From NCBI RefSeq assembly GCF_030028105.1, contig NC_092379.1, positions 27,831,821-27,895,820 of the forward strand: a stretch of 64,000 nt of DNA. The letters are read 5' to 3'. The notes under the pieces are model-generated. The model saw only the letters and a program-made list of their open reading frames with translations, was not told where the DNA came from and searched no databases. Below, one piece after another: positions 52,588 through 63,870 of the stretch. A program made the translations under genes and the position numbers. Each line of letters starts with the position of its first letter. Position 1 is the first letter of the stretch. The DNA is from Mobula birostris (Eukaryota).

Positions 52588-53062
52588 ATGAAGATCTGTC
52601 TCACGCCGGTCCTCATTGTTGTGTTTCTTCTGGGTAAGATGTTCCTTCAGTGTAATATTCCAGACCTCCTTAGTTCTCTGTAAACAGTCTTTATTTTCTA
52701 TTTACGTAACCATGTTGTTCGAAGTAGAGCTTATGATCTATTATTTATTTTACTGTTAGACTGGAGCCTTCAAGACTCAGTGGAACAGTCACTGGATTCA
52801 ATGACGGTCGAAGAAGAAAGTAATGTTACCCTAAACTGTACTTTACAAACAAATGCTGCATTGCCGAGTGTTTTCTGGTACAGGCAGCGCCCCAGACAGC
52901 GGCCACATTATTTGATTCGGATCTTCGCAGCGACAGTAAACAGAAATGAAGATGTAACCAATCGATTAAATGCTTCCTATGATAACAGTAAAAAATATTC
53001 CGAACTCTCGATTAAGAACGCCGCAGTCTCTGACTCAGCCATGTACCTCTGCGCGATGAGCA
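52588..53062 (+). CDS. TRAV: V4: TCR alpha/delta-type V gene segment, intact (leader 52588-52633, 126-bp intron, V exon 52760-53062)
   Basis: Leader MKICLTPVLIVVFLLG|gtaaga; acceptor ttttactgttag|AC. Exon DWSLQDSVEQSLDSMTVEEESNVTLNC...VFWYRQ...DSAMYLCAMS is open and abuts a perfect RSS. Confidence 0.94.
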
Positions 53063-53101
53063 CACAGTGTTGACAAAACATAATTATCTCGAACAAAAAC
53101 C
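53063..53101 (+). other. 23-RSS of V4 (consensus heptamer and nonamer)
   Basis: CACAGTG + ttgacaaaacataattatctcga (23 nt) + ACAAAAACC. Confidence 0.97.
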
Positions 53102-53661
53102 CACTTCCACAGTTTCTTTGAGAGCTCGATAGAGGGCGAACATATCAAAGTAAACGTAAATGCTACATGAAGTCTAAAGGCTCAGTCCAATGATTTCATA
53201 TGATGTCACAGCTAGCATCTATCACCAGTGATGTACCCAATTGGCATTTGCAATGGATGTTTTTTTTTTTCTCTGCGATGGCTGTAAATTTGATTGAAGC
53301 CACTTCATCTTCAGTGATTCCTATGTGTTACTTAATTTCGCTGAATGTTAACCACTTCCCATCGGATGCTAACACAATCATCAGTACAGATGCACGATTC
53401 CTTTCTAGGGGTCCTTTGACATAGAAAGGGACCAAACGTTGCCACAAGAATCGCACATGTCCTAATCGATATCATGGTTCAAATTGTGAATAAGCCATCT
53501 TTTAGTGAAATCACTCAGATGCAATCATGTGGATTTTGATTTCAGTCAAAGATTCAATCGAACTTTGCGAGATTGTTGTGCTGAATGTCGTTGTTTTTCA
53601 TTACCACGCGAGACGCTTACCTATTTAAACGCCGCGTCAGATTTTTTCTGACATAAATAAA

Positions 53662-54837
53662 GAATATGGATTTCAGCAAGGTCTTTGATAAGGTACCCCG
53701 TGCAAGGCTTATTGAGAAAGTAAAGAGGCATGTGACCCAAGGAGACATTGCTTTGTGGATCTAGTACTGGATTGCCCACAGAATGCAAAGATAAGTTGTA
53801 GACGTATCATATTCTGCATGGAGGTCGGTCACCAGTGGGGTGACTCAGGGATCTATTCCGGGACCCTTACCTTTCCTGGTTTTTATAAATGACCTGAATG
53901 AGGCAGTGCAAGGATGGCTTAGTAAGTTTGCCGTTGACACAAATTTGGCTGGTGTTGTGGATAGTGTGGACGGCTGTCAGAGGTTACAGCGGATCATTGA
54001 TAGGATGCAAAACTGGGCTGAAAAGTGGCAGATGGAGTTCAACCCAGATAAGTGTGAAGTGGTTCATTTTGGTACGTCAAGTGTGATGTCAGAATATAGT
54101 ATTAATGGTAAGACCCTTGGCAGTGTGGAGGATCAGAGGGATCTTGGGATACGAGTCCATACGATGCTCAAAGCAGCTGCGCAAGTTAACTCTGCAGTTA
54201 AGAAGGCGTACGGTGTATTGGCCTTCATCAATCGTGGATTTAAATTTAGGAGCCGAGAGGTAATGTTGCAGCTGTATTGGACCCTGGGCAGACACCATTT
54301 GGAGTACTGTGCTCAGTTCTGGTCGCCTCACTTTAGGAAATAAGTTGAAACCATAGAAAGGGTGCAGAGGAGATTTTAAAAGATGTTGCCCAGATTGGGG
54401 AAAATGCCTTTTGAGAATAGGTTGAGTAATTTCGGCCTTCTCTTGGAGCGACGGAAGATGAGAGGTGACCTGAAATATGTGTATAAGATGATGAGAGGCA
54501 TTGGTCATGTGGATATTCAGATGCTTTTTCCCAGGGCTGAAATGGATGCCACAAGAGGATACAAATTTAAGGTGCTGGCGAGTAGGTACAGAGGAGATGT
54601 CAGGGGTAGTTTTTTCACTCGGAGAGTGCTGAGTGCGTGGGATGGGTTGCCCGCAAAGGTGCTGGAGGAGGATACGATAGGGTCTACTGAGAGACATTTA
54701 GATAGGTACATGGAGCTTAGTAAAAGAAAAGACTAGAGGTAAGCTGAGTAATTTCTAAGGTAGGGACATGTTCGGCACAACTTTGTGGGCCGAAGTGTCT
54801 GTATTGTGGTGTAGGTTTTCTATGTTTCTATGTTTCT
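53662..54837 (+). mobile_element. 5'-truncated CR1 LINE
   Basis: MDFSKVFDKVP; QGSI.GPL.FLVFINDL...SKFAVDT...WAEKWQMEFNPDKCEVVHFG...YCAQFWSPH; (TTTCTATG)n tail; flanking AATAAA duplication at 53656-53661 and 54838-54843. Confidence 0.92.
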
Positions 54838-56334
54838 AATAAACGCGGAGACACGATCAATTGCGTTTACAGACAGTTTGCGTTCGTGCTGATACAAAGA
54901 AGATAAAGATCGCAATATATTTCGATTGACTACATCTACAAGTCAAAGCACTGTACAATTGGAAATATGAATGGCATTTGCTTTCAGAAATTAGATCACG
55001 TAATTCCGAGCAGCTTTGATACCATGCGTCTTGATTGTCTGAAGCATTGTACTTGTTTTTTTCACAAAACTTACAGTAAGAGCCTTTAAATAAATTAATA
55101 TACACGTTCTAACCTATCAAGACTAGTGAACTTTTTGAATGAACTCACAGCGCTTATCCACCAAAATCGACTTATTGGATAAGCGCAATCATTGTTATTA
55201 ATATCTCAATTGAAAGTTAGGTGCATTTTCTGATGTAATAACCCGTAACCTCATACGTCCTAAAATCGTCCCTTCTATATTCTGTCGTTCAATTGACAAA
55301 TTTAAGCTAACATCAGAAGACACTGTACGAGACCTTTCGATGAATACGACAATACACATTTGCTTGGCCAATTGCCCTAATGTCTGTCCATTCCATTTTG
55401 CTGAATTTCGTGAAATATATAACAAACACCTTTTTTTAAATCTGGGATCAAATACTTTGTGCTGGAAAGCTGTTTTTTTTTTCCAGTTACTGGGGAAATT
55501 ATCCACAAGATAGTATACACTTTATCTTTCGAATTCTGAAAATAAAGGTGAAAGACCTGGCCTTTTGTCATTGTCCGAAATAAATGCAGTTCATTATTTG
55601 GGAAGAATGTTAATAAATCTCTTAAATTTCTATCACTTCAGTTCACTTTGCATGGCTCAATTAATAAGCTGATATTTTTCACAGTCTTCCATTCGAGAGA
55701 GGCTTCCTCCTCCAATCCAGTCATTACTGAGAAGGTTTTTGTAATTCCCGCCCCAATATAAGGTCACGAAACGGCGCAGGTGTGAACGTTACCGCCATTG
55801 CACTCATACCTCAGTTACGTTTCACCTAGTCTGAACATTGCTATTGAGCTAATATCTAATGAGGCTATATGCAATTGATCGACGAGGTAGAACCCAGGAA
55901 GGTAAAAGTGGGGATGATTTTCTTTTCCATTTATTTTCTATTTGTGTACTCTGTCTGCAAAATTGGAAGCAAAAAGAAATCCCATAAAGTACCGCTTTTC
56001 GTCCGACAATATATATTCTACTAAACTCGACAGGAATTTAATTTACAAGAAAATTCCAGACTTACTTTCAAATACGAATATATGAATATTACTATTGGTG
56101 AGGTAACAGTGACCTGTTTTATTTCAGTAACAGTGGCGGTCGTTCGATCAGACACCACTATTATAATCACTGCATTCAAAAGACAGCGGAACCTGAGCCG
56201 GATAACCAGTAGAATCATCTGCTCGCAATAATTTCAATTGTCGGTTACTGGCAGGTTTTCTCTACCATTTCAAAAGTGGGCAGCCCATTGTGACCCCACT
56301 AGGTAGTGATAAGAAATGGCTGATCTTCTTGAGT

Positions 56335-57052
56335 GTATAATGTTCACATTGGTCCTGCGCAAGTGGAACGGGTCAAAAGCTTTAAGTTCCTCGTGGTCAA
56401 TATCACAAAAGACCTGACTTGGACCAACCAAGCAGTGTCGACTGCCCAGAAGGCCCACCAGCGCCTTTACTTCCTGAAAAAACTAAATAAATTTGGCCTG
56501 TCCCCAAAAACCCTCACTATTTTTTTTTATATATGCACCGTAGAAAGCATTCTTCTAGGATGCATCACCAACTGCTATGGAAGTTGTCCTGCCCAAGACC
56601 GGAAGAAGCTGCAGAAGATCGTGAATACGGCACAGCAAACCACGCAAACCAAAATTCCATTCTTGGACTCACTTTGCACTGCACGCTGTCGTAGCAGTGC
56701 TGCCAGGATAATCAAAGACACGACCCACCCAGCCAACACACTTTTTGTCCGTCTTCCCTCCGGGAGACAGCTCGGGAGCTTGAAGACTCATACGGCCCGA
56801 TTTGGTAACAGCTTCTTTCCAACTGTGATAAGACAGCTGAACGGATCCTGACCCGGATCTGGGCCGTAACCTGCCTCTCGGTTTTTTGCACTACCTTACT
56901 TCCAATTTTCTATTTACTATTTCTGATTTATATATTTTTTGAATATTTACTATCGATTAGTAGTCCAGGGAGCGGGAAGCTCAGAATCAAATATCGCTGA
57001 CATGATTGTACGTTCTAGTATCAATTGTTTGGCCACAATAAAGTATAAAGTA
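56335..57052 (+). mobile_element. Rex1/Babar-type LINE, 3' fragment
   Basis: ERVKSFKFL.VNIT.DLTW...KAHQRLYFLKKL.KFGLSPKTLT.F..CTVESIL.GCIT..YGSC...DRKKLQKIV; (AAAGTAT)n tail; absent from the paralog near 61940. Confidence 0.88.
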
Positions 57053-57329
57053 TACTCGTGGATAGCTTCTCCGGTGTTTATGAGGTGATTAGGGGTAAAT
57101 CCACTAATTGTGTGGTCGCTATGTGCACGCAACTCATTTTTGAATAGCAAATAAGGTAAATATTATAAACCGACACTGAAGGGAATTTCACTCATCCATT
57201 CCTACTGGATGATCAGGCAAGAGTTCATGAGTTTTCAGTCTCCCTGGACATTATACAACAACAGCATCAAAAACGGCAACGACAATACGATGAAGATTTT
57301 ACTCTGAGGAGAAGAAGATGACGATTTTA

Positions 57330-57720
57330 ATGCTGACGACTTGTGAAGGGATTACTAGATACTGACATAAGTGCATGTCCTCGGTGATGGTGACTGGCGA
57401 GGAGTCCGCAGTGAGGCATACCAACTCTTCGACCTATCGCCTTTGGCAGGTATCCTGGGTTCGTTTGAATGTTCTGTCAAAGATGAAGCTGGCTGACTTT
57501 AAAATGTTATACGTTTTTTCGTTTGTTTGCTTTTTGTTCCTGTGCAGTTGCCCCACCATACCAGACACAGATGCAAACAATTATAATAGTTCCCATATAT
57601 CTCCAGAGATTACTGTGAGTATTTGATGGAAGACCAATTCTCAAGTCTCCAGTAACACTTAGCCGCTGCAATGCCTTCTTTGTAATTGTGCCCAGTACAA
57701 ATCCACAGTGGTGTCGATAA
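57330..57720 (-). mobile_element. Older Rex1/Babar-type fragment
   Basis: LRIGLPSNT....R....II.VCICVWYGGATAQEQK. Confidence 0.55.
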
Positions 57721-58825
57721 CCACGCATTCGAAACTGCATATACTTTGCACTTCTGATTGGTATGTGTTACATCTACTTCCATTCCTGAAGTCAAAAATT
57801 AATTTTGGTCTTACCAAGCCAACACTCAAGCGTTGATCTCTAAGAAGAAGAAGAAACATGAATACCTGCTGCAAAACGCAAACAGGAATTCTGCAGATGC
57901 TGGAAATTCAAGCAACTTTGATGTGTGTTGCATAAATACCTGCTGGAGCTGTTGTACTTCCGCTTTTGCATCATACTTTAATTGGGTAATAAATTACGCG
58001 AAGAAACGCTGCATGTTGCATAACAACGCAGCTCGAGCAATGTACATCATCTTGTGCAAGTGCAATCTAGCGAATATCTGAGAAGAAGATAGAAAATATA
58101 AATATTCCCATTTTGACAGGTGCGCACGATAACAGGAATAACTGCAAACGCCTCTCCCATCGATTGTACAGTAAGCAGTATGTGCAAATACTCAGTGGCA
58201 TTGCAAACAACTGCACAAAATAAACTCTGGGCTTCCATCAAGTCTCAAAGACGTCTACACAAATAAACAACGCTACCACCTTTTCGATAAGTTCTGAAGT
58301 TATTCAGAGAAAAGCTAAATTGGCAGACACCGGTGAGAGACGAAGAAATGTTGCGCGCCAGAAGTTTTAGCTCGTTTCAGCATTTTTATAAAAAATCTCC
58401 TCCCCCTGTGTTCTGCCTGAAATCGACCAGAGATCTTTACGGTCTGATATTATCTCTTTTTTGGCACACTTACTTCGTAACACCGCTTTCCATACTTCTG
58501 GCATAATCTGCCTCAGCGTACAAACGCAGATCGATGACAATCTTCTCCAAGGCGCCCTACAGCTTCAATGCATTCGCTCACCGACGAGCGGCACTGTGTA
58601 GTTAATGCTGGCACACAAAGATTTTAATCCATACTTTGCATGTCTTTGCCAGTTGCGAGTTGACCTGTCGAATCCTGCAAAACGTTTGAAAGCTTTTTGT
58701 CACAGATTTGATACTGCTAGATTACGCTTGAGGTTGGTTGTTTTAGACAGATTTTGCTGTATTTTAAATCCGGCAGTCTGTTTGCACAGCACGATTACAG
58801 GTTTACAGAGTCGTGGAACGTTATT

Positions 58826-59556
58826 GTAAGGGGCGGATTCCTGCCGCACCTAATTACTATGTTCCTCCTCGGTAAATTGTTACTTCACTGTAATAACCGA
58901 TATTAATGTCGAATACTACTTTAATACCGGAGGTTACTCTAGAGTAGCACCGTAATATTTCAAACTACTCTAACTATGCTTCCATGACGCGTATGCTATT
59001 TAGGGTTGCAATTTGTTGGAAATGTTGATTGTGATTTCTTATTTATTTTACAGTTACAGTAGAATCATTAAGACATCGTGGAACAGTTCCTCAGTTAAAC
59101 AACCTTCCATTAAAAAAAATAAGACAGTTTTGAATTTAACTGTGCAACCAGGTGGTGCTCTCACATATGTGTTCTGTGTTCTCACAGACAACAACTGAAG
59201 TAATTATTGCGGATTCCAGCAGAGAAAGTAAATCGACAAAAAATATATATACATAACTAAATATACATATTTAGTGGAGCAGTCAGTGGATGCAATGACG
59301 TTCGAAGAAGAAAGTAATATTACTCTAAACTGTACTTTGCAAACAACCATTGTAATGCTGAAAGTTTTCTGGTACAGGCAGCGCACCGGACAACGACCAC
59401 AGTACTTGATTCGGATTATCGCGGGAACAGAATACCCAAATGAAGATATAACCAAACGATTATTTGCTTCCTGTGATAAATGTAAAAATAATAGCGAACT
59501 ATCAATTAACAACGCCATCATCACTGATTCAGCCACGTACCTAGGTGCGATTAGTA
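58826..59556 (+). pseudogene. TRAV: V5: TCR V pseudogene/ORF
   Basis: The leader remnant (..LPHLITMFLLG|gtaaat, donor at 58872) has no ATG at the homologous position. FR1 is interrupted by a ~186-bp insertion. The body VEQSVDAMTFEEESNITLNC...FWYRQ...DSATYLGAIS is open, but the second conserved Cys has become Gly. Confidence 0.88.
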
Positions 59557-59595
59557 CACGGTGCTGCATAAACTCAATTATCTCGAACAAAAATC
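59557..59595 (+). other. 23-RSS of pseudogene V5 (variant)
   Basis: CACGGTG + 23 nt + ACAAAAATC. Confidence 0.9.
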
Positions 59596-62499
59596 CTCTT
59601 TCACAATTTCCTCGAGATCTCGATGGAGGGCCACCAAATCAAGGTGAACGTACATGCTAAAGGAAACTGAATCCAATGTTTTCATACAATGCCGTAGTCA
59701 GTTACTGTTACCAGTAGCGCATCCCCGCAGCTGCTGACGTGGAAGATTTTGATCATCGATGACTATAACTGTGAACAAAAAACAGTTCATTGTTAAGTGA
59801 TTACTCTGTTACTTAATTTATCTGAATATTCACCATTCACATCTGAAACGGTAAAAACATCTGTACGGATACACTAATCATTTTGAGGGTTGCCTTGAAA
59901 TAGAAAAGGACCAAACTTTGGCACATAAACCGCACATATCCCAATCAACAATATACTTTAAAATTCAGAAGAATCCATCGTTTAGGGAATCGCTCAGAAG
60001 AAATCATAAGACTTTTTATTTCTATCAAAGGTTTGATTGCAGTTTGCAGGACTGTTGTGCTGAATGTCGTTAATGTTTATTACCACATGAGATTCCTACC
60101 TTTCAGCCCCAGCGTCAGATTGTTTCCAATATAAATAAACACAGTTTAATTGAATTCTCTTTTTTTTTTCTTTCAAAAGTTATAACTAGTGGAGATTTCG
60201 TGTCACGACCATTGTGTTTACCAACAGTTTTAAATTGGCGGTTATTCAAATAAGATAAAGGTCGCAATATATTTGGATTGACCACATCTCCAAGTCAAGG
60301 CATTGTACAATTGCTAATATGAATGGAGTTGAAATAATGCGTCTTGATTGAGTGGAGCATTGTAATTCTGTTCGCAACACTGACCGCAAGAGTGTCAAAA
60401 CCACTTAACATTCAAGGTTTAGATTGTGGTATGGCTAACAAGATTATTGAATGACCTCACATCTCTTATAAACTGAAATCGCTTCACTGCATATGGACGA
60501 TCATTGCCATTAATATCTCAGTTGAAAGTAAAGTGCATATTCACATTTCATGACATGTCATCTGTTCTGTCTTAAAATCGTTCCAGCTGTGTGTTGTTGT
60601 TCAATTGGCGATCTTACCCTCTGGTGAGAAGACACTGTACTGGATTTTCGATGAATTCCATAATTTATCTTCGTCTAGAAGATGGTCCTATTCCTGTACT
60701 CTCAATTTGTCTAAATTTCGTGACATGATTAATGAATTACATTTAACCTGAATCAAGTATATTCTGCTGGAAAGCTGTATTTTGGCCATGGGGAATATAA
60801 ACTAGTATGCAATATAAAGGTCTTCATTCCAATGCTGGAATTAAAGATTAAAGACTTAGCTTCTCCTCATTGCTCAAAATTTAAAAAAAAAAATGGATTA
60901 TTTATGCAGAATGTTAATAACTTTCTTAAATTTCTATCACTCAGTTCAATTTGTATCCCATGTCTGCAGTGTTTGGCTCAGCGAATTAGCAGATGCTTTT
61001 TCACAGACTTCCTCCTCCTCCAGTCCTGTCATTACTGAGATCGATTTTCAAATTCTAGCCCTTATATACGTTCACTATACGGCGCGGGTCTGACCGTTGC
61101 AACGGTTGTGCTCACACTGCACTTGTGTTACATCTCGTCGAAGTGTTGTTATTGACTTAATATTTAGTGTCTATATGCAATTAATCCACGCAGCAAGACA
61201 CAGAAAGGTGAAAAGGGACATGCATTGCTTTTTTTTTTTTTTTGTTTGTTTGTTTGCATTTCACTTCCCTCAGGGTATTACTCCTACTGTAAAATAAGGC
61301 ACAAAATGTAACCTCATGAACTACAGCTTTACTAAGTGCAATATATATTCTCTTCAAGACGACAACAGTTTAATTTACTGAAGAGATCGAGACTTCCCTT
61401 GAAGTACGAAAATGTGAATATTACTATTGCTGAGATAACAGTGACGTATTAAATTGAAGCAATAATGCCGATCGAATTATAATGTATATATATTGTAAAT
61501 CTCGACTCGGTGCAACAGTCGGTCGTTCAAATGACAGAAATTATTCAGAAAGATTACATAATATGAGCTACCGGTTCCATAGTTTGGCTACTACGTGATA
61601 CAAAATACCAATAGGCCGGTATTAAGAAGTAATGTGCTAAAGATGGCATCTGCTACTTCTCCGAGCATACATGCTCTCATTCAATGTAGAACTCAGGAGG
61701 CTAACGGGGCACGGATTATACTCTGAACATATGGGTTTATAATTATTGAGTGAAATCAGACACTACGACAATAATCACTGCATTTAATAGGTGGTGGAGT
61801 CTACGGTGGGTTAACCAACAGAATGAAACATCAGAATAATTTCTATTGTCAATTACTGGCGGTTATTCAGTACCAGTTCAAATACGGACAGCCTTTTGTG
61901 ACACCATAAGGCAATTTTCAGAAATGGCTGATTTTCTTCATCGCGTGATGTTTATGTAGTTAGCTTCTCCGGTGTTTACAAGGTGTTATGTGTAAATCCA
62001 CTAACTACGTGGTCGAAATGCTCATGCACTTCATATTTGGAACAGCAGATAAGGAAAAATATTATCATTTTATCGAAGGCAGCAATTTATATGTTGAAAG
62101 CCAGAGGAGCAATTAAAAAAAAAAGTTCAGAGGCTCTGTTCCCTCCTCAGCGCCCCATGTGATTTTACTGCTGCCGCAGTCAGTTACTACTCTTCTCAAC
62201 ACATGGAATGCATCAGCAAAACGACCAATAGTGAATTACGCCGGATGATCATATCCGCTGGTAGTTGGTCTCCACAGGGTAAACACTGGTTGGGTGTTTA
62301 GATAATCGCGGAGAAAAAACAAAAGAAATGAAAGGAAAAAAGAAATATCACCCCTGCAAATGGACCATGGTCTAATGAGATTCCTCTTTATCCATGTGAA
62401 CAATTATTTTTTCATGATTATTGTTTCGGCATTTCTTAGTCCGGTTATATGTTTGAAATGAGAACAAACAAACACTCCAGCTACTTCTGATACCACACA

Positions 62500-62900
62500 T
62501 TTTATGATACGTCAAAATCTACGTATATCTATCGATCCTTAATAAACATCAGTTTGATGTTGAACAACTTAATCATTGGGAATTTTCAACCCAGGTTTAT
62601 CAGTGAAACAGCACTTCATCATATGCGACAGATTTGTTTGTCATCAGTTAAAAGAGATAAATTGCTTATTTTCAGTTCACATGACAATTTTAAAAGAGAG
62701 AAACTTTAGGAGCACTGAACAGGCGTGGAAGCTTCTGCGAAAATCGAAGAGTGAGCAATCCCGGTAATTACTTATGCTTTGCTGCCATCTGATGGAATAT
62801 ATCTGTATGATTTTTGGCGGTGTTACATGGAACTCAGGAACTCCTTCACGTCTCAATAGCCTATATGGAAAACTTCGGTTTTCAGCTCGGATAATGGCGA
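62500..62900 (+). repeat. Orphan copy of the V upstream module, with no V gene
   Basis: Nearly co-linear with 39765-40110 (ctacgtatatctatcgat...cagtttgatgttgaacaactt.atcattgggaattttcaacccaggtttatcag...). Confidence 0.85.
62780..62795 (-). promoter_or_regulatory. CTCF-binding-element-like motif in an orphan upstream module
   Basis: The reverse complement reads CCATCAGATGGCAGCA, one change from the V3/V4 copies. Confidence 0.5.
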
Positions 62901-63289
62901 AGACAACATAAATTAAAGTAAACACAGCTACAGTGATGGTGTCATTTTTGTCCATGTGAGCGATTACTTTTGCAGTGTTATTGATTAGGCATTGCCCAGG
63001 CCGGTTATATAGAGAAAATGAAAAAAAAAAATATCATTCCGTGATGTCACTGCATCGAATCAGAAGAATTCATTATAAAGAACGGGACAGGACATCACAC
63101 ATGTCCCGCACAACATATTATTGTTTACTTTATAAGAACAGGTTGACCCCATTCCGTTTTACGTCGGTTTATTCACATCACATGCACGGCATGTGATCGG
63201 CATTGAATCAGAACATGATTCAAAATTCTGGTGAACTAAACTTACGAACACCATGTTTTCCAGAAAGTCAGTGTCCTTGTTTTCATTTT

Positions 63290-63870
63290 CAATATGGATA
63301 TTGATTTCTATTTTGAAGAATCCAGAGACCAGGGGAATACATATCATAAAACAAAAGAAAAAATATACTAATACGAGGTACAGTATATTGAATCACATTA
63401 ACGAAGTCCTTACTCCATATTAACATGATTAGAATAATTCGTATATTAGAATATAAACAATTCTATTAAAAAAAAAAGTTCGATACCCACGAATAAAGTC
63501 GATGCTGTTTGGTGAAAAAGAAGAAGAAGAAAAAAAAAAAACCTTATCAGATAATAGGATTAGTTACTATTAGTTTCTATTAACCAACTTCTGTACTTCA
63601 ACGAGATGTCAAAGATGATGAAAATAATTTAAAAACTGCTCCCACAAATCTCGAAAATTTTGGTTCGATTCAGAAATTAACAACAAACCTTTTTTTCTAA
63701 ATTTAAGCATGCCATAACATCCCGTAACCACTGAGCATGATTAGGCGTAACAGCATAATTCCATGTAAACGAAAGCGCCCTCCTAGCCATAAGAGATATA
63801 AAAAGCCAGAATGTGCAAATTAGACGTCTTCAAAATGACATATTTCTTTCCAGCAATACCAAATAGTGCA
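63290..63870 (-). mobile_element. L1 ORF2 C-terminal/3' UTR fragment
   Basis: The minus strand gives TALFGI...HILAFISLMARRAL..TW.....P.HAQWLRDVMACLNLEK, followed by an AT-rich 3' UTR. Confidence 0.7.

Larger units (their letters stand above)
45500..53300 (+). repeat. Long V cassette II (GPCR pseudogene, spacer, upstream module, V4)
   Basis: Collinear with 24620-39400 at the positions listed for cassette I. Confidence 0.85.

Noticed and set aside
56060-56290. TM1-TM2-like translation (..TIIITAFKRQRNLSRIT..) suggesting an aminergic GPCR
   Set aside because: The diagnostic GN and LA.AD residues are missing, there is an in-frame stop, and the paralog near 61750-61900 translates differently.
58826-59595. 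V5 as a NAR-TCR supporting V-delta
   Set aside because: No NAR-type V-D-J lies upstream, a decayed leader is present, there is no CDR1 Cys, and the canonical second Cys is lost. It is kept only as a low-probability check under findings.
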